A stretch of DNA of 55,761 bases from a virus (IMGVR_UViG_3300033148_004574:1-55761), one strand, 5' to 3'. Positions 36,608-45,956 are shown, counted from the stretch's first letter. Notes: generated by a model from the sequence alone, not told the origin. Translations and numbers: made by a program.

Positions 36608-36892
36608 ATGACTGCACCGGGCACCGAAAACGGTCGCGTGACGCTGGCCATTCTGGGCATCAAGTTGGACACGGTGATCGAGAAACTGGAGAACATTGAG
36701 GAACGCCAGAGTGATGACCATGATCGACTGGGCAAGGTCGAGTCGCTAGCTGACAGCAACCAACACGAGACGAAGCGCAACGCCAGATATATCGAGAAAA
36801 TTGATGCGCGTAGCAAGGCATGGAACGGCCTGAACTCGCTCGGGGCGGTCGTGGCTGGGGTGCTTGCGGGAATCTGGGGCAACACGTCATGA
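36608..36892 (+). CDS. Coiled-coil protein with C-terminal TM helix (lysis accessory)
   Basis: Coiled-coil then SLGAVVAGVLAGIWG. Confidence 0.6.
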   Translation: MTAPGTENGRVTLAILGIKLDTVIEKLENIEERQSDDHDRLGKVESLADSNQHETKRNARYIEKIDARSKAWNGLNSLGAVVAGVLAGIWGNTS

Positions 36893-37791
36893 GACAACCC
36901 TGGACGCCAGCCGAGGAGGCCCTGCTGCTCGACAAAGTCCAAGGGGGATGGCAACCATTCGACATTTACAACCTGTTCAAGGAGCGGGGCATACGGCGCA
37001 CACAGAAGAGCATCGTGCGCAAGCTCCAGAACATGCGGCGCAAAGACTGCGCCACCTGGTCGGCGCAGGTGCCGGCGTCACCAATGCGCAAGTACAACAA
37101 GCCGCTGGTCGTCGAGGGCGACGCGCTGGTGCTGGCCGACATTCACGCGCCGTTCCATGACGCGGCATGGATCAATCGCGTATCGGCGTTGGCGCTGCGC
37201 ATGGGCATCGAGCGGTGCATCATCGCCGGCGACCTGGCGGACTTTTCCGCCTTCAGCGTCTTTGGCCGCGAGGTAGACGCCGACGTGGAGCTGGACGTGC
37301 TGAGCCGGGTGATGGACACGCTCAGTGCCAACTTTGAGGTGTGGTACTTTGCCGGCAACCATGACGTGCGTCCGGTGCGGCGACTGCGAGACGCGGGTCT
37401 CAATGTAAAGTGGATCATGCAGATGTTTGTGCCGAGCCAGCGGTGCCACATCAGCGACTACTTTTGGTGTGACCTGGTGAGCGGCGGGCGCAAGTTTCGG
37501 ATCGAGCACCCAAAGAACACCAGCATCAACGCGGGTGTGGTGCCGGCCAAGCTGGCAGCCAAGTACCGTTGTTCGGTCATCGGCGCACACGGGCATGTGT
37601 GGGGCATGAGCCGCGACGTATCGGGCAGAGATTGGGCCATTGACAGCGGGGTGTGCTGCGATCCCGACCGGGTGGCATATGTCTCGCAGCGGCACAACAC
37701 GCGGCCGGCATTGTATCGCGGCGCAGTGATCGTGACAGACGGCATCCCGCTGTTATTGGGGCCGGACAACATCAGGTTCTATGAGCGATAA
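36889..37791 (+). CDS. N-terminal HTH/Myb-like + calcineurin-like metallophosphoesterase
   Basis: WTPAEEALL; ADIHAP; AGDLAD; GNHD; AHGH. Confidence 0.85.
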   Translation: MRQPWTPAEEALLLDKVQGGWQPFDIYNLFKERGIRRTQKSIVRKLQNMRRKDCATWSAQVPASPMRKYNKPLVVEGDALVLADIHAPFHDAAWINRVSALALRMGIERCIIAGDLADFSAFSVFGREVDADVELDVLSRVMDTLSANFEVWYFAGNHDVRPVRRLRDAGLNVKWIMQMFVPSQRCHISDYFWCDLVSGGRKFRIEHPKNTSINAGVVPAKLAAKYRCSVIGAHGHVWGMSRDVSGRDWAIDSGVCCDPDRVAYVSQRHNTRPALYRGAVIVTDGIPLLLGPDNIRFYER

Positions 37792-37803
37792 GGAGCGATA
37801 GAG

Positions 37804-38409
37804 ATGGCAGACTCGGTACTGAGACTATATAGCTATGAGGTAGGTGCGGTTGACATCAAGATTGTGGACAACAGCGACGGCACGTATTCATTGTCATCGG
37901 CCTTTGCGGCTGACCCGACGGTGGTGTTGGGAGCGGGAACGGCAGAGATCGGCAAGGTTGATGCCGGCCGCACGCATACCATCAGCCAGCAACCAACCAT
38001 CACTGCCGGGGCGTACAGCGCGGGCGATGCGGTGGGCGGCAAGCTGACTTTTGCTAACGCCGCGCGGACGTCGGGTGGGGGCGGCATCATCACCAACCTG
38101 CGGATCATTGACGACGCCGGACAGGACGCCGAGTTGGAACTGTGGCTGTTTGACCAGGATTTTACCGCCATGAGTGACAACGCGGCCTGGGCGCCGAGCG
38201 AGGCTGACCTGGAGAACTGGGTCATGACCATCAGTACGACTGGGGACACCTGGCGGAGCGCAGGGACGCCATCGACTATCGACATTGATTTCGTCAAGGG
38301 CTACGTTTGCAACGGCACCGCGCTGTATGGCCAGCTTGTGACGCGGGGGACGCCGACGTTTGCCGCAACGGACGATCTCACGGCTAAGCTGACCATGATT
38401 CGCGACTAG
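37804..38409 (+). CDS. Putative virion structural protein
   Basis: GAYSAGDAVGG; LELWLF; LYGQLVTRG; beta-rich. Confidence 0.55.
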   Translation: MADSVLRLYSYEVGAVDIKIVDNSDGTYSLSSAFAADPTVVLGAGTAEIGKVDAGRTHTISQQPTITAGAYSAGDAVGGKLTFANAARTSGGGGIITNLRIIDDAGQDAELELWLFDQDFTAMSDNAAWAPSEADLENWVMTISTTGDTWRSAGTPSTIDIDFVKGYVCNGTALYGQLVTRGTPTFAATDDLTAKLTMIRD

Positions 38410-38417
38410 GAGGGAGC

Positions 38418-39878
38418 ATGATAGGAGCAGGGCGCGTCGCGGTGCTGGGGCAGCGGGGCAGGACATTCCATACGACGTTCCAGAGCATGGGCGGTCTCAC
38501 CAACCTCCTGGGCACGATGGCGGTGTCCGGGGGGTATGCGCAGGGGAGCGCGCTACGAGGCTACGATTACGCATGGCTCGTCCAGCGACTTGGTAGCGAG
38601 ACATACGCGTGGGCGTTGGCACCATGTGCGGACGGCTCGATGATTGCGGGAACGGCCCCAAATGGTCAAGTGTACCGCTCGACGGACAATGGCGCATCAT
38701 GGTCATTCGTTCAACAGCTCGGTAGCGAGGAGTACGTGTTTGCGTTGGCGCCATGTGCGGACGGCTCGATGGTCGCGGGAACGCACCCAAATGGTCAAGT
38801 GTACCGCTCGACGGACAATGGCGCATCATGGTCGTTCGTCCAGCAACTTGGTAGTGCGACATACGTGAATGCATTGGCGCCATGTGCGGACGGCTCGATG
38901 ATTGCGGGAACGTACCCAAATGGTCAAGTGTACCGCTCGACGGACAATGGCGCATCATGGTCATTCGTTCAACAGCTCGGTAGCGAGACGCAGGTGCTTG
39001 CATTGGCGCCATGTACGGACGGCTCGATGATCGCGGGAACGGCCCCAAATGGTCAAGTGTACCGCTCGACGGACAATGGCGCATCATGGTCGTTCGTTCA
39101 ACAGCTCGGTAGCGAGGAGTACGTGCGTGCATTGGCGCCATGTACGGACGGCTCGATGGTCGCGGGAACGCGCCCGACTGGTCAAATCTACCGCTCGACG
39201 GACAATGGCGCATCATGGTCATTCGTTCAACAGCTCGGTAGCGAGGAGTACGTGAATGCGTTGGCGCCATGTGCGGACGGCTCGATGGTCGCGGGAACGT
39301 ACCCAAATGGTCAAGTGTACCGCTCGACGGACAATGGCGCATCATGGTCGTTCGTCCAGCAACTTGGTAGCGAGACGCAGGTGCGTGCATTGGCGCCATG
39401 TGCGGACGGCTCGATGATTGCGGGAACGGCCCCAAATGGCCAGGTGTACCATTTGGGCACGGCTATCGCCTACCACGAGTTCGCCGCCAGCGCCACTATC
39501 GACTGGGGCGTGGTCATGCCGGCAGCCGGTACAACGCCGCGGCTGTTGCCGTTTCGCATCAGTGACGCAATCAACTTGTGGCAAGTGCGGATTCTACCAA
39601 ACACGACACCCGACTGCTATCTGATCGAGCGCAACGCTGGTGTGGAAACCGTGCGGGCCAGCGCCGATGTAGACTGGTCTGTCGGTGCTACTGATGAGGT
39701 ACGTGTGGTGGCAAGGGGCGCGACGATCACCGTCTATCACCGCAAGAGTGGCGCAGGATCGTGGACCGAAGCCTGCTCGTATGGCAGCGCGACGTTCCAG
39801 CAGACAGCGACTCGGCACGGCGTCGCAGCATACGATACAAGCGCCAACCTGTTTTCCTATCTGAGGATGGCAGCATGA
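38418..39878 (+). CDS. Seven-bladed BNR/Asp-box beta-propeller protein (putative receptor-binding)
   Basis: Seven 43-aa repeats with YRSTDNGASW Asp-boxes. Confidence 0.8.
   Translation: MIGAGRVAVLGQRGRTFHTTFQSMGGLTNLLGTMAVSGGYAQGSALRGYDYAWLVQRLGSETYAWALAPCADGSMIAGTAPNGQVYRSTDNGASWSFVQQLGSEEYVFALAPCADGSMVAGTHPNGQVYRSTDNGASWSFVQQLGSATYVNALAPCADGSMIAGTYPNGQVYRSTDNGASWSFVQQLGSETQVLALAPCTDGSMIAGTAPNGQVYRSTDNGASWSFVQQLGSEEYVRALAPCTDGSMVAGTRPTGQIYRSTDNGASWSFVQQLGSEEYVNALAPCADGSMVAGTYPNGQVYRSTDNGASWSFVQQLGSETQVRALAPCADGSMIAGTAPNGQVYHLGTAIAYHEFAASATIDWGVVMPAAGTTPRLLPFRISDAINLWQVRILPNTTPDCYLIERNAGVETVRASADVDWSVGATDEVRVVARGATITVYHRKSGAGSWTEACSYGSATFQQTATRHGVAAYDTSANLFSYLRMAA
38574..39452 (+). repeat. 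Coding tandem repeat, 129 nt x ~6.8
   Basis: Near-identical 129-nt units starting at 38574, 38703, 38832, 38961, 39090, 39219, 39348. Confidence 0.95.
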
Positions 39879-40123
39879 CGATCTATGTGATGGACGTGGA
39901 GACGCCGTGGCTGGATATTGACGTAACAGAGGTTGTTATGGACGAGGAAGGTCACGAGAGCGAGGTAACAACGCATGTTACGACTGGCCCGGGCGGGCGC
40001 AGCATGAGCAGTTGATTCCAGAGCCCAACCTGACCATGCGCCGCGTGTGGGTGGAGAATGAAGTGGCGGCGAAGATACAGGCAGACGAGGACCTGACGGT
40101 GTACGTTTGCGAGGAGGTAGAGC

Positions 40124-40366
40124 ATGTCGGGCAAGAGCCAAGTGCCTGACAAGGGCCAGCAGCCTGTTGCCGCCAAGGTCGCGATCGAGCGTGGTGATGC
40201 CAAGGCTAGCGCAGGCAAGGTTGCCAAGGCGCGGAATGGAGTGGCGGACAAGACCGTGGCGGACAAGATAGACGCGCGCGACGTGACCAACGGTGCGCTG
40301 CGGGATGCGCGGATTGAGTACCTGAACGAGCTACCGAAACGCGGCGTTGCCGTGAGAGAGGAGTAA
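40124..40366 (+). CDS. Hypothetical protein
   Basis: SD GGAGGT; Lys/Ala-rich. Confidence 0.5.
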   Translation: MSGKSQVPDKGQQPVAAKVAIERGDAKASAGKVAKARNGVADKTVADKIDARDVTNGALRDARIEYLNELPKRGVAVREE

Positions 40367-40367
40367 G

Positions 40368-40643
40368 ATGGATTTCGAGTTGCTAGGTGCTGCGGCCATT
40401 GCTGCGTTCGTGATCATGCGCGTTGTCGATGCGCTGATCAAGCCGTTTTTTGAGCGATACGAGCTGGACAAATTTTGGTTGCAATACATTGCCGCCGGTA
40501 TCGGGGCGCCGTTGGGTTGGTTCACGGGTATCAACGCCTTCCCGGTGTTCGCAACGGCGCCGATGGTCGGGCGCGTGATCACCTGCCTGGTGATTGGCCT
40601 GGGGCCGTCGTTCATCTACGATCTGACCGATACGAGTAGCTAA
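40368..40643 (+). CDS. Holin-like membrane protein
   Basis: Three hydrophobic segments; GLGPSFIYDL ending; last gene of the late operon. Confidence 0.7.
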   Translation: MDFELLGAAAIAAFVIMRVVDALIKPFFERYELDKFWLQYIAAGIGAPLGWFTGINAFPVFATAPMVGRVITCLVIGLGPSFIYDLTDTSS

Positions 40644-40816
40644 CTACCGCCCCGCCTCGGCTCGTCCCACCGAAGCGGGGGTTTCTCTCCTCCCCCGGCG
40701 GTGCTGGTGGATGCTAACGCAGAAGTCAGCACCGACCGGGGATAGTTTGACCTACAGTTGCGTGTTTGTGTCGGTGATACTATCCGTATTCGTGACAATC
40801 CCGCTTGAAAACAAGA

Positions 40817-40838
40817 ACGGCGGGGAGGGTCCCGCCGT
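40817..40838. terminator. GC-rich hairpin between convergent operons
   Basis: ACGGCGGG-GAGGGT-CCCGCCGT; on the minus strand followed by TCTTGTTTT. Confidence 0.55.
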
Positions 40839-40866
40839 CCGTGGCGCACTTTGACAAGTGAATAGC

Positions 40867-41058
40867 TCAGGTTTTCGGTGGCCGCCCGCGCTTGGGTGGC
40901 ACAAACGCATCAACGTCCTCGGGACGGATGAGCCATTGCTTCCGCCGGCCCTCGCCGACGAACTCGGCAGGGAGCCGTCCCTGTCTGCACCAGAGCCGCA
41001 CGGTGCGGGGTGAAACCCCCATCCGTGCGGCTACTTGGGTGACGGTGAGGTAGATCAC
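40867..41058 (-). CDS. Excisionase-like HTH_17 protein with AT-hook
   Basis: YLTVTQVAARMGVSPRTVRLWCRQGRLPA...WLIRPEDV...KRGRP. Confidence 0.8.
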   Translation of the reverse strand: MIYLTVTQVAARMGVSPRTVRLWCRQGRLPAEFVGEGRRKQWLIRPEDVDAFVPPKRGRPPKT

Positions 41059-41366
41059 TAGACGACCGGCCAGAGGTAGAGGTCTTCGACCTCACGCAGA
41101 GCTTCGGCCGTGCCAGGCAACTCTGCCTGGGCCGGGATCAGGTTCCGATCCTCACGCATTCCCGCTCTGCGCGCGCTGATAGTGTTGTGCAACCCTGCGC
41201 AAGTGCCGTCGCGCAGGTCGCTCGTACGGTGCCGTGACCAGCACGGCCCGTCCTCGTGCTCGACCGCTGCTATCGCTACCTCCTTGGTTGCATACGGACC
41301 AAAGAACACCGACCGGGAATGTTCGTAGTATGTGTCTACCTCGACGTACCACTTTGCTTTTGCCAT
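41058..41366 (-). CDS. Hypothetical protein
   Basis: SD GGAGG; coupled to the HTH gene. Confidence 0.55.
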   Translation of the reverse strand: MAKAKWYVEVDTYYEHSRSVFFGPYATKEVAIAAVEHEDGPCWSRHRTSDLRDGTCAGLHNTISARRAGMREDRNLIPAQAELPGTAEALREVEDLYLWPVV

Positions 41367-41436
41367 CTCAGTCCTCCTTTGTTTTGGCCTCCTCGCTGGC
41401 TCCGAGGCTCGGAGCCAGCGAGCGGGCCAAAGCCCG

Positions 41437-41640
41437 CTAGGCCGTCTGATTCAGCATGCTCGCCTTGAGCCAGCACCGTTGCCATTGTTCATATGCCCGC
41501 CCCCGGCCCAGGGCCACGTTGTAGGCCGAGCGACGATCCACACCCATCTCATCTGCCGTTACGAACAGCGTCCCGTTGCCGTTCGCGCGAATCAGCTCCA
41601 CCGCCTGTGTGTCTGTGAGTCCGGTCGCTCTGTCTCTCAT
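41437..41640 (-). CDS. Hypothetical protein
   Basis: SD GGAGG before MRDRATG; first gene after the promoter. Confidence 0.5.
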   Translation of the reverse strand: MRDRATGLTDTQAVELIRANGNGTLFVTADEMGVDRRSAYNVALGRGRAYEQWQRCWLKASMLNQTA

Positions 41641-41676
41641 CTCTGTGCCTCCCTCGTGTTCCCTATCTCTAGAGAT

Positions 41677-41705
41677 ATCATACCACACGTGGCAACATTT
41701 GTCAA
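41677..41705 (-). promoter_or_regulatory. Sigma-70 promoter
   Basis: TTGACA-17-TATGAT on the minus strand. Confidence 0.7.
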
Positions 41706-41828
41706 GGAGTTGGGGAGACCAATTTCAAAACTCGTTGCGCCATGTTGCCAAAGTGGCCCAGTTGTGGCAATAGGAAGGGGGTGGTAAAACGCAAAGATTT
41801 ACAGAGCGAACGCAATCCAATAGCGGGG

Positions 41829-41876
41829 AGTGTCTACTTTATCTGGTCCTGTCGAAGACGAGATAAAGGCGACACT
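41829..41876. other. Candidate attP for the serine integrase
   Basis: 48-bp imperfect inverted repeat AGTGTC-TA-CTTTATCT...AGATAAAG-GC-GACACT abutting the integrase stop. Confidence 0.5.
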
Positions 41877-43326
41877 AGAGCCAGCGGATTGTGAGCCGAA
41901 CCGGGTCTTTGTAGAGATCGATGCGAGCAATGAGCGCCCCGTACAGCTCGCGGAGTTCGGGCGGGGGTAGGTCATCGAGAGAGCCGAGCATATCATGGAG
42001 ATCGGCCAGGGTCTGCGCGGTCTTGCCAAAGTCCACGACAGACGCGGCCAGCTCGTCGCGGCGCCGGATGAGGTCAGCCAGGTCTGAGCCAAGTCGCTGC
42101 CGGTGTGCCATCAGCTCTGCCGCATCGATGCCGCCACGCTCAAAGAGCCGGTCCCAGCGCGCCCGACCGTTCTCTACCTCCGCAATCTGGCTGTTGAGCG
42201 CGACCAGCTCGGTGTGACCGTTGCCATTGTGGGCCTCCTCCTGTGCTTGTCGCCAAGCGCCGGGGTTGTCCAGGGCATCACGTACAGCGGCCAGCACGGC
42301 CTGCTCGATCTCGTCGACGCGCCATCGGCCGGCGTCACACAGCTCACGCGAGCGGCCATAGTGGTTGCAGCGCAGGTAGTCGCAGTGACCCGGCCCCCGA
42401 TGGGCATAGGAGACACCGGCGCCGCACTGGCCGCACTTGACCAGGCCGGTGAGGGCATAGGGCGACGCGATGGGCACCGTCGCACGGTTCTCGTTGACAG
42501 ATTGCACCTGCTGCCAGAGTGCGTCGTCGATGATTGCCTCGTGCTCGGCGTTTGGGTTGTAAGCCGTACCCCAACGCACGCCGCCACGGTATAGGTCGTT
42601 GTGAAGAATGCTGCGTACACTCGTGTAGGCCCAGCGCCCGCCGAGTGCCGTGGGCGCATGGCGCTCATTGAGCCCGGCGACGATACGATCATAGCCCCAG
42701 CCCTTGGCGCGCTGTTCGTAGACCCACCGTATCCACACGGCCTCGGTCTCATTGACCACGAGCAGACCATCTGGATCGCGGCGATAGCCATAGGCGGGGC
42801 GACCGGCGTTGTACTGGCCGGCCCGAATGCGCGCCTCCATGCCGGTGCGGTGGCGCTTGGAGCGGATGATATTCTCCTGCTCTGCGAGCCAGGACATGAT
42901 GAGCGGACTTAGCGCCGTGCCGCGCCGGGCCAGCGACTCAGGCGGCAGCGGCTCCTCGCGGTGGTTGAGCGCATACACCTGGACGCCGTGTTGACGGCAG
43001 AGGGCCATCAGTTGCGATTGCAGCGAGACGGTGCGCCAGAGACGGTCATAGTCGCGGCAGCAGAGCAGGTCAACCTCCTCGCGCTCGATCAGGCCGACCA
43101 TCGCCGCATAGTCGGGACAGTCGTTCATCAGTGCATGGAGCCATTCGTAGTTGCGCGAGTGGTGGATCACCACCTCGCGGACAATCATCCAGCCGTGATC
43201 GTTGCAGGCGGCGCGGTTGTCGGCGAGCTGTTGGGGCAAGCTGGCTTTGTCGTCCGTCGCTTGGGCATCGGTGCTGACGGCGGCGACGGACAGAACGCGG
43301 TAGGTTGTTGGCTTTGGTATGGACAT
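41875..43326 (-). CDS. Large serine recombinase (integrase)
   Basis: AVSTDAQ...SLPQQ; DRLWR; PAYGY; HEAIID; LTGLVKCGQCG Zn-ribbon; coiled-coil. Confidence 0.92.
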   Translation of the reverse strand: MSIPKPTTYRVLSVAAVSTDAQATDDKASLPQQLADNRAACNDHGWMIVREVVIHHSRNYEWLHALMNDCPDYAAMVGLIEREEVDLLCCRDYDRLWRTVSLQSQLMALCRQHGVQVYALNHREEPLPPESLARRGTALSPLIMSWLAEQENIIRSKRHRTGMEARIRAGQYNAGRPAYGYRRDPDGLLVVNETEAVWIRWVYEQRAKGWGYDRIVAGLNERHAPTALGGRWAYTSVRSILHNDLYRGGVRWGTAYNPNAEHEAIIDDALWQQVQSVNENRATVPIASPYALTGLVKCGQCGAGVSYAHRGPGHCDYLRCNHYGRSRELCDAGRWRVDEIEQAVLAAVRDALDNPGAWRQAQEEAHNGNGHTELVALNSQIAEVENGRARWDRLFERGGIDAAELMAHRQRLGSDLADLIRRRDELAASVVDFGKTAQTLADLHDMLGSLDDLPPPELRELYGALIARIDLYKDPVRLTIRWL

Positions 43327-43355
43327 TGCTGCTACTCGGTGGTATAATGCGTCAG

Positions 43356-43373
43356 ATAGAACATATGTTCTAT
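43356..43373. promoter_or_regulatory. LexA (SOS) box
   Basis: Perfect palindrome ATAGAACATATGTTCTAT (AGAAC-N4-GTTCT) between TGGTATAAT (+, -10 at 43343) and TTGACA-18-TAGAAT (-, 43372-43401). Confidence 0.75.
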
Positions 43374-43400
43374 TCTATCACCACTCTCGGGGGGCTGTCA

Positions 43401-43508
43401 ATGCCGAAGCGTCTGGACGAGTCCGACCGCAAGCGTCTCTGCTGTCTCATTGCCATTATCGAGCGGTGCCTCCGGTTAATACGAGAGATTCTGGCTCCCC
43501 GGGCCTAG
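43401..43508 (+). CDS. Small putative SOS-controlled protein (antirepressor/RDF candidate)
   Basis: 35-aa ORF downstream of the rightward -10 and the LexA box. Confidence 0.35.
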   Translation: MPKRLDESDRKRLCCLIAIIERCLRLIREILAPRA

Positions 43509-44272
43509 CGCAAGCCCTCGCAGGCGACCCCGTCATCATCGCTGTCCAGGCGGTGAATGTCATAGCCGACCACGTCCAGGCAGTGCTCATAGCAGACCTG
43601 CGCCTCGTACCACGAGTCAAAGTCAGAGCAGTTGTAGAGATTGCCGGCACAGGAGCAGGGCGCACATGAGCCCGGCGTGGCTGTCGGCTCAGGTGTGAAA
43701 CACGCGATCCACAACCCACGCCCGGCGTTGCGGGCCTCTTGTTGCAGGGCCAGGAACGTGTCAGCATAGCGCACGTCCGGCGGGTAGGTGTAGACCATGG
43801 CATAGCCGTCGGCCACGAGCGCGGCGTTGACAAAGTACTCACCGATCCAAACGTAGCGCAGCAGCCGCCCGTAGCGGTCGGTTTCGCTCACGTCTCTCTC
43901 CAGCCGCACACGCTGGCCCAGGACCAGGGTCTCGTTCTGCGCCTTGGCCTCGGCATAGTAACAGGCGCCCCGCTCCGGCGTGTCGATGCCGATGTAGCGC
44001 ACGCGGTAGGTGACACCATTGATTTGCACGTCGATGGTATCGCCGTCGATAACCCCAACCACCAGCGGCGGCGCCGGGGTGCTGGTCGGCCTGGGCGTTG
44101 GCGTGACGGTCGGCCTCGGGGTGTGCGTTGACGTTGCCGTGGCCGTGGGCTGGGCGGGGCGGCGGATCAGGGGCAGGTAAGCGCCGGGGGCCTGCATGGC
44201 CAGGCCGACGATACAGGCCAGGAGCAATGGGGCGAGTGGACGGCGTGCCCGGACTAGTCCAATGCGAACCAT
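43505..44272 (-). CDS. Exported thermonuclease (SNase) with Excalibur-like Ca-binding domain
   Basis: VIDGDTI; VRYIGIDTPE; DRYGRLLRYV; NCSDF...LDSDDDGVACE; YLPLI motif and Pro/Thr linker. Confidence 0.9.
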   Translation of the reverse strand: MVRIGLVRARRPLAPLLLACIVGLAMQAPGAYLPLIRRPAQPTATATSTHTPRPTVTPTPRPTSTPAPPLVVGVIDGDTIDVQINGVTYRVRYIGIDTPERGACYYAEAKAQNETLVLGQRVRLERDVSETDRYGRLLRYVWIGEYFVNAALVADGYAMVYTYPPDVRYADTFLALQQEARNAGRGLWIACFTPEPTATPGSCAPCSCAGNLYNCSDFDSWYEAQVCYEHCLDVVGYDIHRLDSDDDGVACEGLR

Positions 44273-45075
44273 GTCATATGCCCATCGCGAGACATGTAGG
44301 CGATTCCGGCGGGATGTGTGCCCTCAGGGATCGAAAAGGTGATGTAACCCGTCATCTCGGCACCGGGAAAGTACTCGCCGTGAATCTCCTCAGTGTACTG
44401 GTACGCGCCGATCCCGCTATGAAGCCGATGGTTTGTCTCTGTACGCCAGTGAGCCCCGGTGAAGTCGCGCGGGTACTCCTCATTCCCCGACACGTACACG
44501 AGATGTATCTGGACCACCAGCGCCTCAAGATCAAAGCGCTCCAAGAGTTCCCGCATTCTGTCGCCCACCATCTCAAAGGCCTCATCACCCGATTTCTGGC
44601 CCACGATCTGCACAGTGAACTCGGCGTCGCCGTCCACCACGGTGCCCGCGGTGCCCAGGAGGTAGGGGTTCATGCGAGCGCCGGGCGCGGGGGTGGCGTC
44701 AGGGGCCGGCGGTAGCGTGGGTGGGGCCAACCACGTGCCCGCAACCCAACCCGTCTCTCCAGTCTCGTCGCGCAGCTGCCACCAGGTGTAGCCGCCCGTC
44801 TCCTGAGGACCATCGAGGACCTCGACGACAGCACCGCCGGGCAGCGTCTTGACTCTCTCTTGGTCGGTGCCCGGCGCGGTGAACATGTTCAGCCCCATGT
44901 CGGCGATCACGACCATGGTTGCGCCGAGGTAGAGCTGGGTGGGGGAAGGCTTGGTTAGCGGCACGGCCGCAGACGAACAGGGGACACACGTCGGGCAAGG
45001 AGTCTGAGGAACGGTGACGATACAGCTCGTACACAGCATCGCGCCCACGACCAGCAGGAGCAGACAACGCGGCAT
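44254..45075 (-). CDS. Lipoprotein with bacterial SH3 domain
   Basis: Hydrophobic leader with Cys; GLNMFTAPG...VEVLDGP...YTWWQLR...GWVAGTWL. Confidence 0.72.
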   Translation of the reverse strand: MPRCLLLLVVGAMLCTSCIVTVPQTPCPTCVPCSSAAVPLTKPSPTQLYLGATMVVIADMGLNMFTAPGTDQERVKTLPGGAVVEVLDGPQETGGYTWWQLRDETGETGWVAGTWLAPPTLPPAPDATPAPGARMNPYLLGTAGTVVDGDAEFTVQIVGQKSGDEAFEMVGDRMRELLERFDLEALVVQIHLVYVSGNEEYPRDFTGAHWRTETNHRLHSGIGAYQYTEEIHGEYFPGAEMTGYITFSIPEGTHPAGIAYMSRDGHMTWFALD

Positions 45076-45144
45076 GGAGCCTCCATGTATTGACCGTTGC
45101 GCCGCTTCTCCCAGTGCGGCGCGGTGTAGTTGTCAACAATTGCT

Positions 45145-45498
45145 CTACTCTGGCAACTCCCCGCCTTCATACTTGCCCTGTAGAGACACAACCATGTCGC
45201 GCACGATGGCTTTGGCAAAGTCCGGCAGCGCACGGTACACGGCCAGTAACTGGTCCTCATCTTCGGTGAGGTCGGTGTCGAGGCCAAGCAACCAATCAAC
45301 CGAACGCCCCAGAAGTCGCGACAGCTCCACAAGCTGAGTCGGCAGGAACCGCCCATGCGTCTCGTAGGGGTTGTATCCTTGCTTGCTCAACCCGAGGGCA
45401 TCCGCCACCTCGGTCTGCATCAGCCCCAGCGACTCACGGGCCGACACAACCCGTTGTGCAACCAATCTCTCTATGTTTTCGGTGGGTTTCTTCATCAC
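45145..45498 (-). CDS. CI-like XRE repressor (no S24 autopeptidase domain)
   Basis: ARESLGLMQTEVADALGLSKQGYNPYE...LGRSVDWLLG; TGGTACAAT just upstream suggests a leaderless mRNA. Confidence 0.85.
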   Translation of the reverse strand: MMKKPTENIERLVAQRVVSARESLGLMQTEVADALGLSKQGYNPYETHGRFLPTQLVELSRLLGRSVDWLLGLDTDLTEDEDQLLAVYRALPDFAKAIVRDMVVSLQGKYEGGELPE

Positions 45499-45540
45499 AC
45501 GTATTGTACCATGAATCTTGACGCTTAGTCCGAAAAGTGC

Positions 45541-45569
45541 TTGACAAGGGTACGTTTCTGTGATACTAT
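45541..45569 (+). promoter_or_regulatory. Rightward early promoter (PR-like)
   Basis: TTGACA-17-TACTAT with extended TG. Confidence 0.7.
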
Positions 45570-45722
45570 GGTTCCGACGTTACGGACAGCTCTTTTTTTG
45601 CCCACAGAGTCCCAAAATCACGGACAGGCGTACGAAAGGAGGGGACGATGCAGCAGGTCCGGGAAAGCCGGGAGGATGGGATGGGCGGGGATCGTAGGTT
45701 ACTCGAAACGAGGGGAGGATCC

Positions 45723-45956
45723 ATGGATTTCCGAGTGAGGCTCCGCACGATGCGTGCGGTGCAGGGAGTGAGTCAGCGGAGCCTGGAAAAGCTGACCGCC
45801 ATTCCCAACACATACCTGTCCGACTTTGAGACAGGGAAGAGCTACCCCAACGCTGACTGGGACCAGCGTATCCGCGAGGCCCTGGGCTGGACCCCCGAGG
45901 TGGATGCAGCGCTCGACCAGTTGGCGGCGGCGCTGGGCGAGAAGGTAGCGGTATGA
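45723..45956 (+). CDS. Cro-like XRE protein
   Basis: LRTMRAVQGVSQRSLEKLTAIPNTYLSDFETGKSYP; SD GGAGG. Confidence 0.8.
   Translation: MDFRVRLRTMRAVQGVSQRSLEKLTAIPNTYLSDFETGKSYPNADWDQRIREALGWTPEVDAALDQLAAALGEKVAV

Noticed and set aside
38574-39452. 129-nt repeats as a CRISPR array or a self-contained DGR
   Set aside because: The repeats are in frame with no spacers and encode Asp-box blades; no reverse transcriptase, accessory gene or non-coding template repeat is present in the window.
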